DNA of 46,007 nucleotides, filler included, from Catajapyx aquilonaris (taxonomy: Eukaryota), in the NCBI GenBank assembly GCA_000934665.2. It is 2 parts of 2 records of this genome, joined end to end, with 100 filler letters (N's around TTAATTAATTAA, not from the genome) between each part and the next. Parts side by side here need not be neighbours in the genome. Positions count along the whole stretch, not along the records: positions 23,073 to 46,007 come from JYFJ02005777.1; 1 more part is not named here. One strand, written 5' to 3'. A model generated the notes under the pieces. It saw only the letters and a list, made by a program, of their open reading frames with translations, had not been told where the DNA came from and did not search any database. Below, in pieces: positions 23,073 through 35,416 of the stretch (position 1 is the stretch's first letter; each line of letters begins with the position of its first letter). The position numbers and the translations under genes were made by a program.

Positions 23073-23240
23073 GGCCGCCAGCCTTGACAACGCCCTATAA
23101 ACTGAGAGACGCGAACAACAATGGCGCCGACAGAAGTTTGCGCCTCTTATGTAGTATATGCTCCCTGCTAGGGGCCTTAATAAGGGAGAGAAAAAAGAGT
23201 GGGAGTCTAAGCTTGTAGAGTATGTTTGAAAAGTGAACTA

Positions 23241-23566
23241 GGGAGACGGAGTGGCGCCGCGGTAACGCGTGCGCCCACGGAAGTTAAGGTCCCGGGTTCA
23301 ATCCCCACCCGGGGTTCCCACCTTCTTTCGTGCAGAGTTGGGCCATCTCTGGTTTCGTTTCGGGTGGCAATTTCCGATAGACTAAGCCACCCGGGGGAGT
23401 TCACAAAATGACCGTATGAGACATTGCACATGCACTTTGCACATCCCCTCCTACTTACCCGTGAAACACACTCAATACTGTCCACAGTATACAAGTTTCA
23501 CCCAGATGGTGGTAGCCCACCCCCCTGAAAGGGCTCGGTCCCTGAAATGGGGTAAAAAAAAAAAAA
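23241..23566 (+). mobile_element. Full-length tRNA-derived SINE with poly(A) tail
   Basis: A box TGGCGCCGCGG, B box GGTTCAATCCC (23295-23305), A13 tail, imperfect TSD AA(G/A)TGAACT on both sides. Confidence 0.8.
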
Positions 23567-23655
23567 TGAACTGTAATTGGCTAAGAGGCTCTGTGTCAAG
23601 AAGCTTTATCACTGCTTTTCCACCCATTTGTGACCTCTCCGCTAGACCTTTTAAT

Positions 23656-26236
23656 ATGCTGACTAGTAACAACTCATCTTTAGGTTGTGAAAAATATGAT
23701 CAAGGAATAGAAACAAGTGAAGGAGAGGATGAAGAAGAAGAAGAAAGAGAGGAGGAGGAGGAGGAGGAGGAAGAGGAGGAGGAGGAAGGAGAGGAAGAAG
23801 GAAACGAAATAGAGGAAGAAGAAGTTGGAAACGAAATAGACGAAGAAGACGGACACGACGAAATAGAAGAATGCGAAGATGGAAACGAAATAGAGGAAGA
23901 GGAAGAAGAAGGATACGAAATAGAGGAGGAGGAGGAAGAGGAAGATGATGAAGAGGGATACGAAATAGAGGCAGAAGAAAAAGATGGAAACGAAACAGAG
24001 GGCGAGGAACAATGGAAACTTAGCATAGATACATGGGTGCCAATTAGAGAGACACCTACTAAGCGGTAATCATTCTCAGAAATATAATGTGGGCTTATTG
24101 TGCTGACACTGTGAAGGAACGGTATTTAATATTAAGACAAATTTGTTATAATTCCAGATCCCTTATATTTATCAGTGAAGGCAATGAAATGCATTCCAGT
24201 GGGAATCATTGTGACAGAATGGCACTGGAGGAAAGACACATTCCACTCTATTCCATTGCTTACATGTAGGTGCTGTTAACAGCCTTTCACACATATTATT
24301 TTGTGTCATAATGATAGGTCTGAGAAGCTACTATTAATATAATTAATTTCTTACTTAGTGAATTGGACAAGTTGTGTAAGAAGGACTATGGCAGACGACA
24401 AGAGTTGGCACATTTTCAAGAACTGGTACTGTATTCATTTTTGTTACTGTAGCACAGTATAACTCATGCAATGGTTCCAAGGAAAAAGGTTTAAAAAAAT
24501 ATGCTGACCATTTCAGAGGGCAGGCTTCTATGAGTTTTTGGACTTGGTGGAAGCCCGCTATGGCATAACAAATAGGGTGACTTTGGGAGATGTCACGGAA
24601 ATTTTCAAACGAACATACTACATATATCCAGAGAAGTACAAGGCCCTGCATTTTGAGGAGATAGCTAGAGCAATACTGGGGCGCCTTGTAAGGGAGCTAC
24701 TGAGAGAGTGGAATCCATTTGAAAACCCATATGACCTCGTCAAAACATTCTCTGAGTGTGAAGAGACACTGAACTTTGGATTTTCAAGAGAGGTAAGGGA
24801 ATACTGTGTGAACCATTGTTGTATCCTTGATCACTGGGTACTTTTGTACCACTTAACACATACTGCAATCAACAACAAAAAGTGTCAGGACATTGGATTT
24901 TATCGATATTGCGTTTAGGAATTGGCCAACCCAAACCGCAACCCATTTGCGCTATTGATGACGAGTGAGTGGCTACCAGTCGTTCGAAAATTCTTGCATA
25001 ATTGGGATATCAACCAGCCAGAACCTGTCATCCAATTTTTAAATGTGTGAGTATTTCATGAAGTCTCCTGACGAGTGTAGGTTTTAATTTTAATCAGGTT
25101 TTCAGAAGAAAATATTACAGTAGGTATTGCCTTTTTTGATGTAAATTTCTGAGCGTTTCTCTTGATCCCACATAATGTGCTCGACACGTGTACATATATT
25201 TTCCTTGCATATAATTATTTAAAGTTGATTATTAAGTTATTTCTAAAATACGCTAGAACATGTTGTGCACACAATTAAGCTTCATTTTCACAGCTATTTT
25301 CAGAAAAACCTACAAGTTACATAACTTTTTCTGAATCTTCTGGTATTGTTTTACTTGGTCAGATCAACAACCTTTCTGTGGAATTTAATACATTTATCAA
25401 TTATCATATTTCAGTTGGACCACATCCCTATCTGTTCCTTCTCAAACTGTTATCTACCAACGTATCTGTGAGGAATCTATCCTTTCCAAACTTCAAGAAG
25501 AGGTGAGGAGTTGGAATCCGTTTGAGCGAAACAGAAGCCATGACGTTAGGAGGTTATTACAAACCTGGAATGAATGGATCTTGTCCGGTCTGAAACAACA
25601 TCTAGCTGACACAGCCATGAGTATTCTGGGTGAATGCCTGGCTAACTGGAATCCGCTGACCACATGTGCCACTGCTGCCGTACTCACCTGGGAACCTGTC
25701 CTATCCGATTCCCATATAAATGAATTGATTGAAGTCAATCTTATTCCCAAACTAGCAGTTGCCATCAAGGCATGTTCTGAACATCTTTCTCCAGATATAA
25801 GTAAGAATGCACTTGTGAAACATTGCTCTGACATTACATTTCTAATAATTGATAAGAGTATACAAAATGGAGAGTTTATATTGCCTGTGTCTTTTCAATT
25901 GCAGTGCCTCCCTTAAGTTATTGGTGGTTGGTGATGGAGATGACACCATTTATTACTACACCAACGATGGCCGACCTTATTGAGAGATATTTTATGCCAA
26001 AATGGCTGCAAGAAATGCGAGCATATTTCTACAACAATAGCATTATTCCATCTGAGGTCAATAAGCTATATCTTCGATGGTGCACTCTTTTTATGTATCC
26101 AGATCGCGTGCTGTTTGCCCAACCTGCAATACAATTGTACCTGAAGAGTATCAGCCAGGCACTGTCTCTATATGGAAACTACTACAATCAAGCCAAGAAG
26201 TACGGGCTTATTCAGGCAAGTCCTGTTTTATTTTGA
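23656..26236 (+). CDS. Divergent TFIP11/Ntr1-like (GCFC domain) protein. Exons: about 23656-24065, 24359-24425, 24517-24792, 24919-25046, 25415-25800, 25905-26236
   Basis: Phase-compatible GT-AG introns. Spliced protein contains LLREWNPF, EWLPVVRKFLHNWD..PEPVIQFL, KLQEEVRSWNP, NLIPKL and YFMPKWLQ, collinear with TFIP11. Start codon uncertain. Confidence 0.8.
23720..24010 (+). repeat. Coding acidic repeat: GNEIEEEE/GYEIEEEE units and GAG/GAA runs
   Basis: Repeated GGA(A/T)ACGAAATAGAGGA units read directly. Confidence 0.9.
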
Positions 26237-29200
26237 CAATGTAAGTTAAGTGTATATCAGTGATCGCCATGTTAAGGAGAGAAAAAATATTAACGTCGGA
26301 CACTCTTTCCAGGGGAATAATTTAAGAAATCTTCGATTTAAAAATATTGTTTGAATTGCTGAAACTTGCTCTGTCAGCCAGTGCACATTCATTCCACATC
26401 AGAGATGAAAATTTTGCGTTAAAAGTTGTTACATCCAAGTGTGTAAATGATCCAGTATTCACCACCCAAAATGATGACTGTTCCAGTGTTCGACACATGT
26501 CATATCCCAGTAATAGAAATCTCTCGGGGCCTTCACTAATGTTCGGGTTACTGTAAGTTCTGACACCGTCAACACTACGACACCCTCCGTATTTTGTGTC
26601 AATAGCATCAGGGAAGGGTCGCCTTCCCCACAACCATAGAAAAACATGCTTCACTTGCAATGTAAAAAATTGGATAATATGGTGACAGATGTATCATGAA
26701 GAGTCGGGTCCCTCCCTATATTAAAATGGGGAGGTTAAATAAATTGATTGATTGATTGATTAAAAACATGCTGGCGATCCAGGGCTTGGGAACATGATAA
26801 ACATTTCGTCCATAGAGTCTTTATAAGCCGGATACTTGTAGGTGTCAATATTATTCCGTTTTCGTGAAGTCAACATCCATGTGGATTATTAGTGCTGTAA
26901 TCACTGTAACTGTAAAGGTAATTGCTGTTCCACTTGCACAATATGAATTTCCATGAGTACTGTAATTTGTAATATACTTCGATTGCTTCCTCTTACTTGA
27001 ATTAAATTTACATATAACTTCTATAAAATTCAGAAATAATCAGAAAATGTGTAGATTTTACTAGCAATGGTATGGGCATGCACATTGCACTCCATACAAT
27101 TATCAGTTTTTTAATGCAGTTATTATGTGGACATTGTTAACAACAACACCGTGTTTTAGACTGATATCAAGACAATGTGTTTTTCAATACTTTTCAGATT
27201 CCACTACATCCGCGTGAAATTGTGATCACCCTCTACAACCCGCCCCAATGATGACAGTCTTGAACACCGTGCAAGGACAAGGTGGTGTGACTATTCCCAA
27301 TCACCCCTGTGCTTTTCCAATTTGACCGATTTGATGGGAGAAAGATAAAATAATTCACCATTTTCATACTTCTATAGTCTACATTAATGATTACATATTT
27401 TAAACTAATTTGATATGGAGTTATTGCATGCTTTTGATATTGTCTGATTACTTGATACGGTATCTTCCATTTGAGGAAGTACAGCATCGATAATTTTTAT
27501 TTTTCGTGGAGTTTTAAAATTATCCACTGCATTGTGTCATTTTATGAACTGAATACCTTTATGAAGTGTTCTTGATTAAGTCTGAAGGATATGGCACATG
27601 TTCTTGGTTTGCACGAGGGAAAAAATCAAACGTGATGGATTTAAGTTAATTAGGCATACATGTTTAACACTTTATCACAAGGTTGAGTCATAATACTATG
27701 GGGTGACATACAGTTCATGCATTTAAAGAGCTTCAATCATTAGTATCATTTTTAATGGTACAGTACAAAGTCATCATTTTGGCTGTGTATTATTTTCAGA
27801 TGAAGTCAATCACGACACTGTCTTATAAAGGTACAGACGTACAGTACTAACTGTAAGTTCAAGATGTGACTTCATTACCAATAATTATTAACACTAATTT
27901 AGTCTTACAGATTAAATCCCCACAGACATTAGATTAAGATAATCATATAGTGATTATATTAGTCATTATTCTAGTTCATTATTCTAGACAATTTTTGTGT
28001 GGCAGGTTATCAGTTAAGCCTACTTCAATTCAATCTTTTCTCAGTTTTCATAATTCATTGTAAGAATAACATTTTAACAAAAAACAAAAAAAATAAGTTA
28101 CCTAATGCCTTTGAATACAAGCAATGATGATGCCATATTATTGAATTTATGCATTATTGAGAGAGATTGACAAAATAAAGAAGTGAAGGTTGGAATGTCT
28201 ATGTTCTTCTTCCCTCCCAACAATGGCATGTAACTGTACAAATATGCATGGTTCTTCACAGGTACAGTACCTTGTTTGACTGACAAAAGCTGTGTTCTTA
28301 TAACCGGAGTGTTGGAATTTTGAACTACCAAACTTTCTTTATATTCAAAAGTGTAACTGTAACTGTGCATTTTCGTCCAGCTGTATCATAAACCTCTAGT
28401 ATACATATGTGTATATCAGGACATTAGATTAGACAGGACACCTGGTTTTCTAGTTTTCCTAACACAGTATCTTTTGTACCGGAGAGGGTCAGAGGTTGGA
28501 ATATGCAAATTCAAATACAGTTGACCCCGGATATAACAGACTTCAAGGGAAGGGAACGTCAGGGTTTGCAAAGAATACGCAATGCTCAACTTTACCTGAG
28601 ACTAACCGTAGCTCAGTCAAAAGAAGTGGCTGTGCGAATAGACCATTAGACCTTGAGTGAGTAAGCGTTTCTTCGATGCAGCATGCTTCCACCCACACAC
28701 CACATTTTCACACTTTGGTGAACAAAGTGAGCCCAAAAAAGTAACCAAATAGGTTCTCAAAATTTTATAGAAGCATAACATGACTAAACATTACTGTACT
28801 TATGTGGTCTCCCACACTTCAAGTCGGGTAATGGAGTTAATTAAAAGTTCCCTTTGTCATGGTAATTATATGTTAACTGGCCCCCATCTCTTACTGATGG
28901 CGGTCGATATTCATTGTTGCCATTCTACATCTAATTGACATAGTCAAAAGAAATGGATACTGTCAGAATACCAGGAAGATGGTGATATGGTGATGTGAAT
29001 ATTTTCCAGATATTTTCTTAGTGCAGCAGTCGCACACTGTGGTTTCATTAGGCTACAGGCCTACAACCGTTGACTGCAGGCCCTAGCTGTTACGTAGTAG
29101 CCTACATGGCTCAGCACTCAGCAGGTACAGGGAATAATGTTTCCAGAACTGTTCTGAGAGGGCAAAAAAAAAGCACACTTACGCAAACGCATACAGTGGG

Positions 29201-29268
29201 TTGAACATTCATTTCCCTATTTATTTTTACATTATTGAAAGGCATATGTGACCGTCGTTTGGACTAGG

Positions 29269-32200
29269 CTACTTTTTCTGCTGCCCCTTTTTTGTAGCAG
29301 GCCTCTTATTCTTAAATCGATTTGAAATGGTCGAATCCGGTCGCGACAGACTTCCAGGAGGCATTGGTACTGCACCATCTGAGAATGGAAAGGAAAGGTT
29401 GTAAAGTGACTTATATAAGTATTACTTACCGACTTTGGTTTATTAGATGAAGGTGCCAAATGGAACCGCTGACATTATTCAATACAAGAAGCACAGGTTT
29501 AGTCTGTAATATGACACCTCAGGTGCTGCGTTTTCTTATGAATTTTCCATTATGTTAATTATACTAATGAAGAGTAGTTTTTCCAGTTTCAACTACACTA
29601 GACAATATCAGTTCGCCTCAGAATTCAAAGTTGGAATGAATTCAACTTCATCAAGAGCTGTATTATGAGAGACCTGAAAATGACAGGTTCCCGGCCCATT
29701 TGGCAAATTCGTCAATATCCTTCCTGTCAGGTTTGAGAAAGGGCAACAAAGGTTTCGTCACGAGACAAGGCCAGGCATACAATTTCTTCTACTTCGGACT
29801 ATTGATCAAGTAATGAAAGGGTTGTTATACTCTTGGCTCCTTCCCCTTACCTGGAAGCTTTCCCCTTCGACCACCTTCCAGCTGACTTTCTAGGGACACT
29901 TCGACATTCGGCGAGGCCGCTCCCCAAGCTCTTTCCACAGAACTGTAACGTCAGAAACGTGGCATATCATTGTCATATCACACTCGGTCAATTAAACAGT
30001 CATTCTTTCCAATATTTTGTAAGTGCCACTACCTCTGGGACATGTATGACTTTATGATATGCCGCAGATGGTGGTAGTGCACAATGTGTCCAGGATCATA
30101 CTTGGCCAAATTCTGTGCTGTCTGTGAAAGGTTGCATAAGTGGTAATTGTTCTCACCTGTTGGCAATGTCGAGAAAGATGGTGCTCTGCTTCTCCCAACC
30201 GCTCCCTGGATACTTGCTGTACCGTCGCGGCGTTGGTGTCCCGTCGTGTGATAGAGTAGGCGATGATCTCAGAGACGCCGATGGAGACATCACCTGCGGG
30301 GCTGGCGACGACACCATGTCCTCTGCCACCGTGGTCACTGCCGGCGACGCCACTCCGGAGTCTCCCGACTGTGGCCCCGGAGAAAGGTCTCTTTGACGTC
30401 TTTCCACCTCACATATAACATGATTTATGAACCTAGAGACTCCTTCAGATACCATATTGGCTGGTGGGATCCATACGTCGTCGTCGTCGTCGTCGTCGTC
30501 CACTTCGTCTCCGTCCAACTCCCGACCGCGAATGCGACGCCTAGACGACGCCTCCTTCAACCGCTCGTGTCTCTGCAGCAGCTCCAACGTCGGTAGGAAA
30601 TTGCGACGAAACCGGCTGCCCCTGAACCACGCCTGGAAATAGGAGGGCAGGTGGACCGGATACACTTGACAGAACCCGATTAGACATTTCCCAGATTGTC
30701 GGCGATGCAATATTGAGGCGGTAGCCCTAGAAACTGATCGATGACAAGCGGTATAAAATGGGTGGAGACACGACTCAGCAAGTTTTGTCAACATGCTTAC
30801 AGTGATGGTCATTGAACCCGCATGTGCTGTGTGTTTCATAAATCATCTCACATCCATATATGCAGAACTTGTGTACGCCCACGCACCTATGGCGCCTTGG
30901 GGGGGAACAGGAGGACCAACTTGGTGTAGGAGCGTCCACGACGTCTGAATCGATAATGTGAGCTGAATTCTGAAACACATGGTATAAATGTAATTAGTGC
31001 GAACATACCTGGATGACGATTGCTGCTTCGTCACGCACTTCCTGGCCCGTTTTGGCACCAATGGCTCGGAGGTGACGGGCAGTTTCAGTCATTCCAGCGC
31101 TGACTGACACGTCAAATGGGGTCAAACTTTGAACCCAAAAGGAAGAAAGTAATCGTTATAAGGATAATGGATGATTATGAGTTTATGACCCTCTTCTCCT
31201 ACCAACCTTTTTTTGCTTATTATTGTCCTGTCACACAATCGAATTGTCAATATTTCTTGCCTCAAATGTGCCTTTGTGTGCAGGGGAACGTTTGCCAATA
31301 GGATACAGCAAGTCACTTACATTTACTTGACATATAATCATGAGTGGAATTGCTTCTGTGTGTGGGTGGAGTAAATGGTCAATAAGTCCCCTTCTCGCCC
31401 CCACCTTCCACCACTGTTTCACGTAATGTATAAGGCCACAATAACTTAGGCAGTGTATGATAAGATCTCGGCAAAACATGACGAAATATACACAGTGTTT
31501 AGTTTGCACCCGTCTCTATTTGCTCTATTTGGCAACAATGTCCTGCTCGGTTGTGACATTCAGTTTGCCCCTGAAATCTCCACTTCCCGAAACTGAGATG
31601 AGGCACTTGGGTTGCGTTGAACAGTCAGGATAACTTTTATGGAGCTTTTCCAGACGGAATGTTTCGTGGCCATGCGGTGCAACAGGACCTGAAGTACTGT
31701 GAGTGATCATTTTACAAGTAACATGTGTTAAATTCATATAACACTATGCAACAAAAATCAACTTTTTCTTCCCATGGAAATTCATCTATATTTCCATGTT
31801 CCTGAGGTCACTCTTTATAATGGCAATTCATTTTGCCTGGGATTTGTTTTTGACCTCGGGACAGTCAAAAAACCAAAATCCTCAAAATGGAAGTGTCATC
31901 CCGAATCAAGTGGGCCGAAATGTTGTTAGACCATTTCCGGTTTTGCTAGAAAAAGTCATAGCTGTACTGTACAGACCTATGCCATAACACTGCTTATCAA
32001 GCTTCATCCAAATTGTGAAATACCGTTGGGAGGGGGAAAATCGCAAAAATTTGGAAATTAGGCATTTGAAAATATTTTTTCGGTTAGTGGAAGTGGTCAA
32101 AACCCGATCAAAATATAGATCAAATGAAAGACAAACACCAGAATAATGCGCCTATGGTATTTGTTTTCCTCGAAAATGTGCCCAGAAAAATGTGTGATAT

Positions 32201-34606
32201 TCTATCGGTTACATGCTCAGTCACATACCACATGACATATGACCTCGACAATAATTGAACACCTCCCTCGAAGAAGGGTGTGATGACCTGTACATATATT
32301 TTTTGCGAAGGGATGCAAATCTGGACCACTGCTGGGAGACGTGCGTCGCACTCCGCAGGGGGACTACGTAGATACAAGTAGAGAAGGGTTAACGTACCAT
32401 TCACCTAGGACAACTCCTTCACATGTACAGGCTCACTACTTTTTTAACAATATAATTATTGTACATACACCGTTCTTCGAGGGAGGTGAAAGTGGGTGCA
32501 TGGGGATCCCTTGCTAGAGAGCTTGTCACACAAACCAATACAATAGTAATAGAGAATAATAACGACCCCATGGCTCCTTTTGGCGAGAGGATGGTGAGGC
32601 TGGCTGCAAAGTCCATGAGCACCGAGATGATCTCCAGACGTCCCTCGAGTGCGGCGAAGTGCAAGGGCGTCGCACCGGACTGGTCGCAGCTGTCCACGTC
32701 GCTGTCCGCCTCCTCCAGCAAGTACACCGTGGACTCCCGATGTCCTCTCATTGCCGACAGGTGGAGAGGCACCCTCCCACAGTTGTCTCTCGCATCGCAC
32801 TGGCTGTCTTTGAACAGTCGGAGGACAGACGTGTGACCACCCAGGGCCGCCCAGTGGACTGGAAGGCGTCCTTGGGCGTCCCTGGCGTCGACATCGGCAC
32901 CTGAGCTCAGGAGAAGAGTGGCCACTTCCAGGCGTCCCATCTGAGAAGCCCGGTGCAGAGGAGTGCATTGAGAAGAATCTCGGGCATCCACGACACCTTC
33001 ATCTTGGAGTAATATAGTCATCGCTGACGCTCGACCGTTGAATGCTGCTGCATGGATCGCTGTCGAAAATTAACAATTTGTCCAAGTCAGTCCAGATAAT
33101 TTTGTATACTGTAGAGTGTAGAGTGTGCCATTGTGGAGGACACTTCTGAGAATTCTTCAGTTCAGTGAATGTGCAGATAAACAGTACCTGTGACTCCTTT
33201 CTCGTCTGGTGCGTCAGCAGCAACACCTTCTGAGGTCAGCATGGTGACAGCATCATCAGCACCTCTAGCTGCTGCCCACACCAACGCGCCAGCAAGCACT
33301 TCAGGTGGCAGCTGATCCTGTTGCGTCAAAAGGGACGCCAGAGTGGCAGCAGCGTTACCTTGTGCCGCGTAATGCAAAGGCGTAGCACCATGAGCGTCGC
33401 GGGCAGTGATGTCCGCCCCTGCCTTCAGAAGCGCGCTGGCTGCTCCAGCACCACGCAACATAGCCGCCCAATGAAGCGGAGTACGAAACAAGTTATCGGC
33501 GGCATCGATGGCACCTCCTCGAATCCCTCCAGACAGAAGAGTTGTCAACGACGTGTCGCAGCCATCAGCCAAAGCCAGATGAAGCGCAGTCCTTCCCTCA
33601 TAATCCTGCCAGCTTGCCACAGAAGGAGCTGCTGCCTTTATTTAAACATTATTAGTTGAGTTCTTCTGAATTAAGAAACACCCTGTGTGCTGACCAGTAA
33701 TAATCGAAGACATGCGGTCGGGTTTCCTTTAGTGGCTGACGCAGCGCAGTGCAAAGGTGTGCGGCCCCTGGCGTTTGGAAGCGCCACGTTCGCACCGCGC
33801 CGCAACAACATCCGAACCGCTTCGTGCCTGGCGTACGACGCTGCCCAGTGCAAAGGAGTGTTCTTCTCAGCATCAGGGACTTCCACAGTTCTGACGCGTT
33901 TCAGGATGTGTCCCAGTCCTCGCGCATCGGTGTGACGGGAAGCCAGGTGCAAGCACGTGCTACCCCAAGTGTCGGTCAGGTTCCAGTCAGCATCTCGGTT
34001 CAGGAGCACTCGCACGCATTTGTGGTAACCCTATACAAATTAAAATATTATTTTTTAAAACTGCTGACGTACTGTACAGCAAGCAGATGTGTAATACCGT
34101 AGCGTAAAAGGTTGATCTGCGTGTACACCATACCTTGTAGGAAGCCCAGTGCAGTGCTGTTCTTCCAGAGAAGTCAGCTAAATCCGGATCAGAACCGGCT
34201 TTGAGAAGAACGCCTAAATTGTCCGATCTGTCACCTAGTGCTGCCATCATCAGGGCTGTCCTTCCTCGAGAATCTCGCAGTCGAAGGGAACATATTGGCA
34301 CTGCGACGACAAAAGTATACATCCGTATCAACCGCGCCATCTCTTCAGTTGACATACAGTATGCGCATGACAGCCGCGCACAGCAACATTACGTTACATG
34401 CTTTGCAAATTGTTGAAGGAATGCGTACCTGCTACCAGTTTTTGCAAGGTCTGTCTGTCTCCGTTGACAGCCAAATAGTGAAGAAGTGACAAAGGCGCTT
34501 CTGTCGGATCTACAGGTTGTCTAGGGCTGGACACGCAGGTCAAAGGTGACGCAGGTCGAGGAATCACCAGAGTCGTGTCATCTACTGGTTCTTCTGCGCT
34601 GGACAT
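29269..34606 (-). CDS. INVS: Inversin-like ankyrin-repeat/IQ protein. Exons: 34606-34429, 34300-34134, 34030-33695, 33635-33188, 33059 to about 32567, 31126-31009, 30632-30157, 29942-29851, plus tentative 3' exon(s) to about 29269
   Basis: AVNGDRQTLQKLVA, WQDYEGRTALHLALADG, DNLFRTPLHWAAML, DFAA..LTPFD and the IQ motif EAAIVIQ|AWFRGSRFRR..LLQRHERL are collinear with vertebrate inversin. Splice phases fit. The exon 5 donor and the 3' end are uncertain. Confidence 0.85.
32260..32488. mobile_element. Putative 229-bp MITE in an inversin intron
   Basis: 22-bp inverted repeats CACCTCCCTCGAAGAA(G/C)GGTGT (21/22 match) at 32260-32281 and 32467-32488; AA on both flanks. Confidence 0.55.
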
Positions 34607-35416
34607 TACCAAGTGACTTTACGTTTTCAGACCTGATGTAACTCGTCGTCTGTTACTCTGAACTACGTATGGTGATCGATATACGGTAGGTGAATTGGCG
34701 TTTGCGCATTGGTGACATTTCGATCCATAATTGCCATGGGAACAATAAGGTAGTGCGTGACAACTTGTTTGTTTCTTAAAATTTGAGACATCGTATTATG
34801 TAAGTACAAGATGACGCACTGTAACATGATATTGATGAGGAAGCTTGTAATTGCAAATTAGGTGCAACAAAAGCGTAACTCTTCAGCAGACACCTATGTT
34901 ATTGGTCAATACAGTACAATGATACTGTATACTTGGTACATTAACAGGTTATTTAAATAATACAGGTCACACTTCGTACAAAATAACCAACCATGAACTT
35001 AAGTTTTGACAAGGTCCCAGAGTATGAAACATTTTGCAGGCTTGCTTGTCAAAAACAACTAAATGGCCGCTTCTACCAAAAAACAAATAGTGAAAGAATT
35101 CTAAAGTTTCAGGAGTTGGTCTGTCGATTTCAGTGAAGGTTAGGCATAACACAAGACTGATGGAGAACTTTCTCACTGCTAACTTTCTTGCTACTCTGAT
35201 CGACAAGGGAGAATAGCCGTTTTTTTTTTCTTCTTCTTCTTCTTTATAAGGCGGGAACATGTAAAGGATTATGGATCGGGGGCCAAGGGTTAAATTGAGG
35301 AACATTTACCGCTGAAAATGCTATTATAGTGCTCCCTAATGAGTCAATTAGCATAACTTTCACATTAGTTTTTTTTTTCAGCACACACTTACCTACTCGG
35401 TTATTAACAGAATCAT

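Noticed and set aside
23241..23315. tRNA gene
   Set aside because: A and B boxes are present but the sequence continues into a SINE body and poly(A) tail with no clean cloverleaf; the same applies to 17870-17905.
23680..24026. Minus-strand poly-Ser and poly-Phe/Leu ORFs
   Set aside because: Antisense shadows of the Glu-rich coding repeat.
26300..29200. Short ORFs in the AT-rich intergenic stretch and a possible pogo-like TIR at about 28517
   Set aside because: No recognisable domains; the TIR-like sequence has no partner.
30775..30978. Cys-rich defensin/toxin-like ORF in an inversin intron
   Set aside because: No signal peptide, no proper start and no recognisable cysteine spacing.
32469..32571. 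Separate secreted-protein gene starting MGSLLFSITIVLVCVTSSLA
   Set aside because: Best explained as T-rich intron read-through after the inversin exon 5 donor; no consistent downstream exons found.
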